A DNA stretch of 39,466 nucleotides from a virus. Made by a program: the position numbers and the translations under genes. This document shows, piece by piece, positions 16,208-22,268 of the stretch; the first letter of the stretch is position 1, and each line of letters starts with the position of its first letter. The notes beneath the pieces are model-generated. The model saw only the letters and a program-made list of their open reading frames with translations. It was not told where the DNA came from and did no database searches. The stretch lies in IMG/VR virus record IMGVR_UViG_3300042743_000016; one strand, 5' to 3'.

Positions 16208-16997
16208 GGATTTCCTCAACGTAGGTCGGTTCGTGTTGCTTGGCGTAGCCCTGAAGGTGCGGCGCCACCAAGGTGGGGCAGGCTTGAGCCATTGCCATCT
16301 GTGCTGCTGTTGGGGGCTTTGATGGGCTGGCGCGGGCGGCTTGGTGCAGCCAATCGGCTTTGAAGCCTTGCCACTGCCGCTCTGCTGCGGTCTTGACGGC
16401 TTCAGCCGGGGTCATGCCAGCCTTCTCCGCCTCGACCTTGACGGCACTCCATGCGGTCGGCGTCAGCGTCTTTGCGCCCTTGTCCTTGCGGGCCTTCAGC
16501 CAGTCCTGAGCGTGCTGCTCGGACACACCTTCGGCAACGAGGTCAGAGACAGACAGCGCGGCTGCGCTATCTCCTGAACGTAGTGAAGGAGAGTTCTTCT
16601 CTTCTCTTCTCTTCTCTTCTCTGGTCCGCTTTTTGTCCGCATTGGATGCGGACGTTTTGCGGTCTTCGCGCTTGCGGTCTGTTTCCTGGGCGCGTCGCTT
16701 GGCGGACTGGCCGTTGTGCTGCTCAAACCCAGGCAAAAACACGCCTTCTTCGTTGTGAGACAGCCAGCCGACAGACTCCATAGCGTCAGAAATGCCGGGA
16801 AAACCGACAAGCTCATCCAATGCTTCCGGCGTGTATCCGGACAGTTGTCCGTCTGCTGAGTGCGTGTCAAACAGACACCAGACCGCAAAAAGTCCGCCCA
16901 CCGTCCGAAGTCTGTCCGCACGCAATGCGGACGACATGCGGACAACTTTCGGATGTGTCAGCAGGTCTTTGCCCATCTTGATCCAGTCGCCTGCCAT
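16182..16997 (-). CDS. Replication initiator, O-like/DnaT-domain protein (putative)
   Basis: 271 aa directly upstream of the P-like gene. Central basic/acidic KRREEK repeat. C-terminal ...AQDWLKARKDKGAKTLTPTAW... looks DnaT-like. Confidence 0.5.
   Translation of the reverse strand: MAGDWIKMGKDLLTHPKVVRMSSALRADRLRTVGGLFAVWCLFDTHSADGQLSGYTPEALDELVGFPGISDAMESVGWLSHNEEGVFLPGFEQHNGQSAKRRAQETDRKREDRKTSASNADKKRTREEKRREEKNSPSLRSGDSAAALSVSDLVAEGVSEQHAQDWLKARKDKGAKTLTPTAWSAVKVEAEKAGMTPAEAVKTAAERQWQGFKADWLHQAARASPSKPPTAAQMAMAQACPTLVAPHLQGYAKQHEPTYVEEIHADARLLD
16594..16622. repeat. Pentanucleotide tandem repeat (TTCTC)x5 plus a partial unit inside the O-like gene
   Basis: Read directly: ttc ttctc ttctc ttctc ttctc ttctc t. 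Encodes REEKRREEK on the minus strand. Confidence 0.85.
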
Positions 16998-17000
16998 CAG

Positions 17001-17345
17001 TTACACCCCCACCTTCCGCCAGAGCGCCACCGGGTGCGCCCGGGTGCCTGGGCTGTGTGCCTTGCGGTATTGATCGGTGCGAGCCATGGGCAGGCCTTCG
17101 CGCAGCATCACGCGCGGCAGAGAGCCCCAGACGTAGTGCGTGTGGGGGCTGGGCAGGCCCTGGGCCTCGCAATGTGCGCGCACATCTTCCATGGCGAACA
17201 GCGCGCTATCTGGCAGGCTGGCGAGGTACTGGCGGGCCACTTCGAGGAAGCGATCGACCCAGCTCGACGGCTCGTTGAACAGCGCGAGAGCCTGGCCGGC
17301 TGCCTTGAGGTCTTGGCCGGTGGGGGTGTGGGGGGTGGGGGTCAT
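17001..17345 (-). CDS. Hypothetical protein
   Basis: 114-aa ORF with an ATGA-coupled start. Confidence 0.6.
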   Translation of the reverse strand: MTPTPHTPTGQDLKAAGQALALFNEPSSWVDRFLEVARQYLASLPDSALFAMEDVRAHCEAQGLPSPHTHYVWGSLPRVMLREGLPMARTDQYRKAHSPGTRAHPVALWRKVGV

Positions 17346-17503
17346 GCCTGCTTACCCCCGTTGACCACAGCCAGCACCGGCAGGAAACGCACAAAGCCCT
17401 CGCCCGACAGGTGCTCTTGAACGGTCTGGCGCGCAATTTCTGGGTCGGTCGTGTCAACCGAATAGCCGCGCAGCGCACCGTGAAGCTGAACGTAGACGAT
17501 CAT
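17342..17503 (-). CDS. Hypothetical 53-aa protein
   Basis: Not in the track. MIVYVQLHGALRGYSVDTTDPEIARQTVQEHLSGEGFVRFLPVLAVVNGGKQA, with ATGA overlaps at both ends. Confidence 0.55.
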   Translation of the reverse strand: MIVYVQLHGALRGYSVDTTDPEIARQTVQEHLSGEGFVRFLPVLAVVNGGKQA

Positions 17504-17892
17504 GCTGCCGCCCTCCCAGTTAGCGCCTCGACAAGCGCCTGGTTCTTCAGGCGTTCGCGCGCAAGTTCTTCCTTGGCAATGCGCAAGGCGCGCTCCGTTT
17601 CGCTTTCCTGCTTGCGCAGGCTAGCCAGGTCATAGCCGCGGGCTTGCAGCATCCACAGCAATGGCGCATCGTTACCGCACACATCCATGAGCGCGGCGAA
17701 CTTGCCCCAGGTGATGCCCTCCTTGTCATCCGTCCAGCGCGAGAACTGCGCCTTGTCCGACTTGATGGCGTCTTGCACCTGCTTGGGCTCAAGGCCCGCA
17801 GCCTTGGCACACAGGCCGATGGCGCCGCCCAAGGTCTTCTCCCGGGCGATCTCCTGAGGGGTCACCTCAGAGGGGAATGCGAGTTGGGTCAC
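17500..17892 (-). CDS. CII-like regulatory protein (putative)
   Basis: 130 aa. GTG start preceded by GGAG. HTH-like N-terminal half (..KAQFSRW..) and a C-terminal coiled coil. Sits where lambdoid cII lies. Confidence 0.45.
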   Translation of the reverse strand: MTQLAFPSEVTPQEIAREKTLGGAIGLCAKAAGLEPKQVQDAIKSDKAQFSRWTDDKEGITWGKFAALMDVCGNDAPLLWMLQARGYDLASLRKQESETERALRIAKEELARERLKNQALVEALTGRAAA

Positions 17893-17909
17893 AACCGTGC
17901 TCCAGCTTG

Positions 17910-17951
17910 TTGAGTGGCGTTGAGGGGCTCAATTGAGCAAAAATTTTTGCC
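17910..17951 (+). promoter_or_regulatory. Candidate activator-dependent (PRE-like) promoter
   Basis: TTGAG at 17910, 17920 and 17933; the first two are one helical turn apart and flank a poor -35. A perfect GCAAAAATTTTTGC palindrome (17937-17950) supplies an AAAAAT -10, 7 nt before the ATG at 17952. Confidence 0.35.
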
Positions 17952-18074
17952 ATGGACACCTCACAAACCAAAGACGACGAATGGGCAAAGCAAGCGGTGC
18001 GCAACATGCTTGTGCGTTGCTGGGCGCGTGCTTGTGAGGTGCTGTTTTGGCTCGATGAAATGGACGAGCAATGA
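17952..18074 (+). CDS. 40-aa ORF, possibly leaderless
   Basis: Not in the track. MDTSQTKDDEWAKQAVRNMLVRCWARACEVLFWLDEMDEQ. No SD, but the ATG lies 7 nt after the -10-like hexamer. Confidence 0.3.
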   Translation: MDTSQTKDDEWAKQAVRNMLVRCWARACEVLFWLDEMDEQ

Positions 18075-18239
18075 GAAGACCCGCAGGCATCGACATGGCA
18101 AAACAACCGGCCAGGGAGGGGAGCCAGTGCGCATGCGCTGGACACCATGGCGGGGATAGCCTGCGGGTGGAAAGGGCGGGCACTCCGTTCGTGGCAGGAT
18201 TGACCTTCCACAACCGATCCATTAACGAAGGAGTTACCC

Positions 18240-18473
18240 ATGAAAGAAGAACGCTTACTCGACGACGAGGCAGCAGCCCGCCAGATCGGCTGGCAGATGG
18301 CCGTAGAGCAAGTCATGCGAGGGCTCATTGCGACGCACCCAGCGAAAGCCGTGCTGCACGCTTGGCTCGGCTCAAACCACGAGCAAGTCGTTGCTTCGAT
18401 GCTTGGGCATGCGAAGCACGATGGGCTGATTGCCGCTTACGAGAGCACTTCAAAGCGCCTGATGGGTTCTTGA
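18240..18473 (+). CDS. Hypothetical 77-aa protein on the strand opposite the early operon
   Basis: Strong SD (GAAGGAG, 6-nt spacing). Balanced composition and about 66% G/C at third positions by hand count. Confidence 0.5.
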   Translation: MKEERLLDDEAAARQIGWQMAVEQVMRGLIATHPAKAVLHAWLGSNHEQVVASMLGHAKHDGLIAAYESTSKRLMGS

Positions 18474-18564
18474 GAAACGTGGCCGGAGAGAGGCCAGCGT
18501 TACGCGCCAGCTCGGCAATCGCATCCAGCAAAGGTTTTGCCGTCGTCAGGTTTGCAAAGTGCAT
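18325..18564 (-). CDS. Questionable 79-aa ORF coupled to cro
   Basis: ATG at 18564 lies 1 nt after the cro stop. The first ~30 residues look protein-like. The R/S/A-rich tail overlaps the plus-strand ORF and its third-position GC drops. Confidence 0.3.
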   Translation of the reverse strand: MHFANLTTAKPLLDAIAELARNAGLSPATFLKNPSGALKCSRKRQSAHRASHAQASKQRLARGLSRAKRAARLSLGASQ

Positions 18565-18565
18565 C

Positions 18566-18841
18566 TCAAACCCCCTGCTCTGTGGTGGAGGGCTTGCGGC
18601 GCTTGGTGGTGTCGGGCCAGATTTCGCGCCAGTCCGTAGGACGGAGGGCGGAAACGTGAACGCCCGCAAGCTCGGCAATCTTTCGGCAATACCTTGCCGG
18701 AACAGGTCGGAACTTTGGGTTATCGTTAGGCAATGCCCACTGCGATACGGTCGGAGGCTTCACGCCAAGCTCTCTTGCGAGAGCCGCTTGTGAGCCGACA
18801 GCTTCGCTAGCGAGGCGGATGGCGTCTGCTTGTGTGTGCAT
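18566..18841 (-). CDS. cro: Cro-like HTH repressor
   Basis: 91 aa with HTH GSQAALARELGVKPPTVSQW. Divergent from cI and first gene of the early leftward operon. Confidence 0.75.
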   Translation of the reverse strand: MHTQADAIRLASEAVGSQAALARELGVKPPTVSQWALPNDNPKFRPVPARYCRKIAELAGVHVSALRPTDWREIWPDTTKRRKPSTTEQGV

Positions 18842-18847
18842 GTCGCC

Positions 18848-18876
18848 ATATTAGGTGAAGCCTAACCGGATGTCAA
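18848..18876 (-). promoter_or_regulatory. PR-like early promoter with overlapping operator
   Basis: Minus strand reads TTGACA-tccgg-TTAGG-cttca-CCTAATAT-ggcgac-ATG. The operator TTAGG-N5-CCTAA spans 18851-18865. Only 6 nt separate the -10 from the cro ATG. Confidence 0.7.
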
Positions 18877-18905
18877 GGCATTGCCTAAGTTTAGGCGGCA
18901 AGGGT
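18874..18905. promoter_or_regulatory. Additional operator-like half-sites between cro and cI
   Basis: cAAGG-cattg-CCTAA at 18874-18888, the palindrome GCCTAA-GT-TTAGGC at 18883-18896, and a TTAGG half-site at 18891. Confidence 0.45.
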
Positions 18906-18910
18906 CAACT

Positions 18911-19669
18911 ATGATGATGTTGTCAGGACAAAAATTAGGCGCTGCATTGACTCAGGCAATGCAGCTCAAGAACGTCGGCCCGAAGGAGGTGGCCGACCAC
19001 TTCGGCATCAAGCCGCCAAGCGTCAAGGATTGGCAGAAAAAAGGCTGCATCCACAAGCGACACCTGGGCCGGCTGGTGAACTACTTTGCTGATGTGGTGC
19101 CCCCCTCACACTGGGGGGTGGAGCCTAACGAGACCATGGCCCTTTTGTCCGGGATCATGGGTAACGCATCGTTGAACGTTTCGCATCAAGATAAAGATGT
19201 CGTTCTTAGTAAAAGCCTCCGACCTTTGGCCGATGCTGTAAATAAAGACAGGTACTTAACACCGACTCAAGCCGGTGATACAACTTCACAACTGGCCCCC
19301 GTTTTAGCTTGGGCCAGCTTGGGAGTTGACTTGTATAAGGAAGCAAACGATGTTGAGGCTGTCGGTTTCGCGCCGGTGCCTCGTGGGGCGTCTGCACTGG
19401 TGAAGTGGTTCGTGGTCGAGCAAGACTTCCACCGCTTCGGGATCACTAAAGGCGACATGGTGGCTCTTGACCCTCTATCCGACACCGACAAGCCGGAAGA
19501 GATGAAGCGCCACGTTTTCAAGACTGCGGCAGGCCAGTTCATCTTGGCGGAGTACCGCACCTTAGCGGGGGGCAGCTTTGAAGCGCTCCCGGACACCGGA
19601 TCGGCGCTGGACAAAGTGCGCCATGGCCTGGTCGTTGTGGCGCGAGTGCGCGGCGTCTGGGAGGCGTGA
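18911..19669 (+). CDS. cI: CI-type repressor (N-terminal HTH, C-terminal S24/LexA-like fold)
   Basis: HTH ...VGPKEVADHFGIKPPSVKDWQKKG. C-terminal ...WFVVEQDFHRFGITKGDMVALDP...VVARVRGVW resembles the LexA/CI C-terminal domain. Three consecutive ATGs at 18911-18919; the track start at 18881 is TTG. Confidence 0.8.
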   Translation: MMMLSGQKLGAALTQAMQLKNVGPKEVADHFGIKPPSVKDWQKKGCIHKRHLGRLVNYFADVVPPSHWGVEPNETMALLSGIMGNASLNVSHQDKDVVLSKSLRPLADAVNKDRYLTPTQAGDTTSQLAPVLAWASLGVDLYKEANDVEAVGFAPVPRGASALVKWFVVEQDFHRFGITKGDMVALDPLSDTDKPEEMKRHVFKTAAGQFILAEYRTLAGGSFEALPDTGSALDKVRHGLVVVARVRGVWEA

Positions 19670-19854
19670 TGAAAAGTGCAGCAGACACAACTTTTGAAGT
19701 CGCCTGCTTTCTCATGTGGCTGGCCGGGTTCCTCACCGGACTTCTGAGCGACAACACGGGGAACCGCGTGGTTGGGATGCTGGTTTGGATCGGCCTAGGG
19801 GTCGGCTACCGACTGCGCAAGATCCAAGAGAACACAACGCCCGTGAAGCAGTGA
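19669..19854 (+). CDS. 61-aa two-TM membrane protein co-transcribed with cI
   Basis: ATG overlaps the cI stop (TGATG). Two hydrophobic helices: FEVACFLMWLAGFLTGLL and VVGMLVWIGLGVGY. Confidence 0.65.
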   Translation: MKSAADTTFEVACFLMWLAGFLTGLLSDNTGNRVVGMLVWIGLGVGYRLRKIQENTTPVKQ

Positions 19855-19872
19855 ACAGGGTGGGATGAACCA

Positions 19873-20295
19873 ATGGCCCTTCAGATACACCCGGAGCCGG
19901 GAACCATCGTCATCTGCGACTTTCGCGGCATGGAGACGCCGGAGATGACCAAGCGACGTCCGGCCATTGTTATCTCGCCCAGACTGCGCGGAAGGGGCAG
20001 CTTGTGCACAATCGTCCCACTCAGCACGACTGCGCCGCGACAGGTGATGGGCTATCACCACCGCTTGACGATGTCACCGCCATTGCCGGAGCCGTTCGCC
20101 GACGACCACGCATGGGTCAAGGGCGACTTGGTCTACACGTTGAGCTTCTCTCGCATGCGCTTGCCGTTTTCCGGCAAAGACAATGGGGGCGTTCGTGTCT
20201 ACGACGTCAGAGTGATTGACGAGGATGATCTGCGCGCCGTGCGTGCGTGCGTCCTACATGGATTGGGGCTATCCACTTTGACGGCGCACATCTGA
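19873..20295 (+). CDS. PemK/MazF-superfamily (YifN-like) protein
   Basis: 140 aa. PEPGTIVICDF...PEMTKRRPAIVISP...SLCTIVPLSTT...WVKGDLVYTLSFSRM follows the MazF/PemK signature (G.I..DF...E..K.RP.VV.S....VP.T). Confidence 0.65.
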   Translation: MALQIHPEPGTIVICDFRGMETPEMTKRRPAIVISPRLRGRGSLCTIVPLSTTAPRQVMGYHHRLTMSPPLPEPFADDHAWVKGDLVYTLSFSRMRLPFSGKDNGGVRVYDVRVIDEDDLRAVRACVLHGLGLSTLTAHI

Positions 20296-20401
20296 CTGTC
20301 GTACACTTGCATTGTTCCCGCTCTGCTTAGGCATCGGGCTTAAGTCCTGGGCAACCAGGCCTCTACGCACCGGAGATTGCAATCCCGCGTAGCGACACTC
20401 C

Positions 20402-20429
20402 GGCCCCGCCTCGGCGGGGCCTTGCTTTT
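20402..20429 (+). terminator. Intrinsic terminator 1 ending the cI operon
   Basis: GGCCCCGC-ctcg-GCGGGGCC hairpin followed by TTGCTTTT. Confidence 0.75.
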
Positions 20430-20440
20430 GCAGACCACCA

Positions 20441-20466
20441 AGCCCGCCAAGTGCGGGCTTTTTTGC
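20441..20466 (+). terminator. Intrinsic terminator 2 (tandem)
   Basis: AGCCCGC-caagt-GCGGGCT hairpin followed by TTTTTT. Confidence 0.75.
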
Positions 20467-20476
20467 GTTTGCGCGC

Positions 20477-20544
20477 TTAGGCTACACCGAAGTGTAAAAA
20501 GTTAGGCGCAGCCTATTGACAGCTCATTAGGTTCCGCCTAATAT
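20477..20544 (+). promoter_or_regulatory. PL-like early promoter with three phased operators
   Basis: TTGACA (20516-21)-gctca-TTAGG-ttccg-CCTAATAT (-10 at 20539-44). Operator-like sites start at 20477 (half-site), 20502 (TTAGGCGCAGCCTAT) and 20527 (TTAGGTTCCGCCTAA), spaced 25 bp apart. Confidence 0.7.
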
Positions 20545-20581
20545 CTACCCATCGCAGCAAACAAGCGAAGGGGTAGCAAAC

Positions 20582-20854
20582 ATGGACCGGATGAACAGCG
20601 CGGACGCGGCAATCGCGATGACCCGCAGCTTAAGCGGCGCAACGATGAGCGCAGACCAAGTGCAAGCACTGCTGACCGCAGCGGCCCGCCTGGTCAACGA
20701 GTTTGAGAAGGCCAACACCGATTGGACTGGCCTGTGGCAGTGCAGCGAAATGGCTGATGAGCTGGCCGACCTGTTTGAGAACGCAGGCCCCGCCTCTGAG
20801 GCTGAGTTGGCCGACCGTGCTCGCACCGAATACCGCATGGGGGTGTCGGCATGA
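20582..20854 (+). CDS. Hypothetical early protein
   Basis: 90-aa ORF, first gene after the PL-like promoter, with a GAAGGGG RBS. Confidence 0.6.
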   Translation: MDRMNSADAAIAMTRSLSGATMSADQVQALLTAAARLVNEFEKANTDWTGLWQCSEMADELADLFENAGPASEAELADRARTEYRMGVSA

Positions 20855-21111
20855 GCGCGACTCACACGCCGGGGCCTTGGCATGTCCAGCATGGTGTCGG
20901 CGTCTATGCCGCAACTGGCGATCTTGTCGCATCCGTGCATACGCCCATCACAGTCGATGGCAACAGCAAAGACGCCCGCCTGATCGCCGCCGCGCCTGAG
21001 CTTTTGGAGGCGCTGAAGGACTGCCGACGCGCACTTGAATTGGCTGAAGCGAGTGGCGAGCTTGCTGTTGTTGATGCCGCCATCGCCAAAGCCACCGGAG
21101 AACAAGCATGA
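20851..21111 (+). CDS. HTPGPW...[14 protein letters not shown] family protein (paralog 1)
   Basis: 86 aa with an ATGA-coupled start. Shares [14 protein letters not shown][ED]LL[ED]AL and AIAKA with 27548..27862. Confidence 0.7.
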   Translation: MSATHTPGPWHVQHGVGVYAATGDLVASVHTPITVDGNSKDARLIAAAPELLEALKDCRRALELAEASGELAVVDAAIAKATGEQA

Positions 21112-21236
21112 CCGAACTCAACTTTGTTTTGAGCGACGGCGAAGTCCACACGCTGTGGCTGATGGAGTCGCCATCGGACGCCCTTGCATGGGCTGCGAAC
21201 GATCTTGGGGCCTGCGTGGCTTGGGTGAAGTCATGA
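21108..21236 (+). CDS. Hypothetical 42-aa protein
   Basis: Not in the track. [42 protein letters not shown], with ATGA overlaps at both ends. Confidence 0.5.
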   Translation: MTELNFVLSDGEVHTLWLMESPSDALAWAANDLGACVAWVKS

Positions 21237-21427
21237 GCGATGAAGTTCAGGACAGCGGATTGACCGACACCTACTACGTGAACGTCTATCGAGAGGCCAT
21301 CTGCGAAAGCTGGTACTCAGCCGAGCAAGCAAATAGGCAGGCATCAAAAGACCGCATCGGTTTGCTGAAGTTCACCACACAGCCGGACGGCTCATTTGAG
21401 ATTGAGCGCATGGAGTTGCCTAAATGA
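21233..21427 (+). CDS. Hypothetical 64-aa protein
   Basis: ATGA-coupled internal start of track ORF 21035..21427 (MSDEVQDSG...). Confidence 0.6.
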   Translation: MSDEVQDSGLTDTYYVNVYREAICESWYSAEQANRQASKDRIGLLKFTTQPDGSFEIERMELPK

Positions 21428-21540
21428 ACGAAGCCGCCCTTCTCATCGCCCTCTCCCTCATCACCCTTGCTGGCTGTGTCGTGATCGTTCTCGACAAGCT
21501 GGTGACGGCTGATCCCGATTCTGAAGACTGGCCCGCTTGA
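21424..21540 (+). CDS. 38-aa putative lipoprotein/membrane peptide
   Basis: Not in the track. MNEAALLIALSLITLAGCVVIVLDKLVTADPDSEDWPA has a lipobox-like LAGC. ATGA-coupled. Confidence 0.45.
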   Translation: MNEAALLIALSLITLAGCVVIVLDKLVTADPDSEDWPA

Positions 21541-21570
21541 GGCCAAACCTAACCACATAGGAGATAGACC

Positions 21571-21912
21571 ATGAACACCACCGAGCAGCTCACACAAGAA
21601 ATTGAATCCGCAATTCCCGCACTCATGCAGCGGATTAAGGAAGAAACGCTTTTGCGCGTCGAGCGCGAGGCATCCCAGGCCGCCACCGCTGTTGCCGTGG
21701 ACGCGGCAAAGAAGTGGGCCGAGGAAGTTCTCGCTCCTGAAATCGCCGCACAACTGGCGGTCGGCAAAAGCGGGTTCATCGCCGCTGCTGAGGATGCGGC
21801 AAAGCGAATCGGAGAAACGCTCTCTGACGCGCTAGTTGAGCAAGTGAGGAAGTCGCTCTCCAGCAGCTACGTGCTCAAGGAAGTCACAGAAAAGCTGATG
21901 CGCGGCTATTGA
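21571..21912 (+). CDS. Hypothetical protein
   Basis: 113-aa ORF with an AGGAG RBS. Confidence 0.65.
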   Translation: MNTTEQLTQEIESAIPALMQRIKEETLLRVEREASQAATAVAVDAAKKWAEEVLAPEIAAQLAVGKSGFIAAAEDAAKRIGETLSDALVEQVRKSLSSSYVLKEVTEKLMRGY

Positions 21913-22163
21913 TGAACCTCATCACATCAGAAGGACTCGCCATGAACAACGTCTACGAACTCCGCACACACCGTGTTGACTACGCCTGCGCAGTTGAGCG
22001 CCCTGAGCCTGCAACGTGGCGCGATTGGCTGACCGTCGCCGCCATGTGGTTGTGCGGTGCTGCCCTGTTCGTCGCTGGCTTCATGGGTGGCCGCTATGTC
22101 TTGAACTGGCTGGCATCGGTCGATTGGGCGGCAGTCATTCAACTGCTGGGGAGCAAGCAATGA
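21912..22163 (+). CDS. Hypothetical single-TM membrane protein
   Basis: TGATG-coupled ATG at 21912; an alternative ATG lies at 21942. Hydrophobic segment VAAMWLCGAALFVAGFMGG. Confidence 0.55.
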   Translation: MNLITSEGLAMNNVYELRTHRVDYACAVERPEPATWRDWLTVAAMWLCGAALFVAGFMGGRYVLNWLASVDWAAVIQLLGSKQ

Positions 22164-22261
22164 CCTATTTCCAGTGGTTCCGCTTCTTCAGCGTCAACAA
22201 CTCCCCCAAGCGCGCCCGTCGCCTTGCCAAGCAAGAGATCAGCCGCCCACTTCCATTCTGA
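22160..22261 (+). CDS. Hypothetical 33-aa basic peptide
   Basis: ATGA-coupled. MTYFQWFRFFSVNNSPKRARRLAKQEISRPLPF. Confidence 0.35.
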   Translation: MTYFQWFRFFSVNNSPKRARRLAKQEISRPLPF

Positions 22262-22268
22262 GGTTCAT

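Noticed and set aside
16594-16622. Whether the (TTCTC)n tract could be a CRISPR-like or iteron array.
   Set aside because: The units are contiguous 5-mers without spacers, so it is a microsatellite. No CRISPR repeat-spacer structure occurs anywhere in the window.
17867-18793. Track ORFs 17867..18328(-), 17929..18222(-) and 18071..18793(+) as candidate genes for the cro-cII gap.
   Set aside because: They are Ser/Cys/Arg/Ala-rich with no RBS or coupling, and they overlap better-supported features (cro, the SD-bearing 77-aa ORF).
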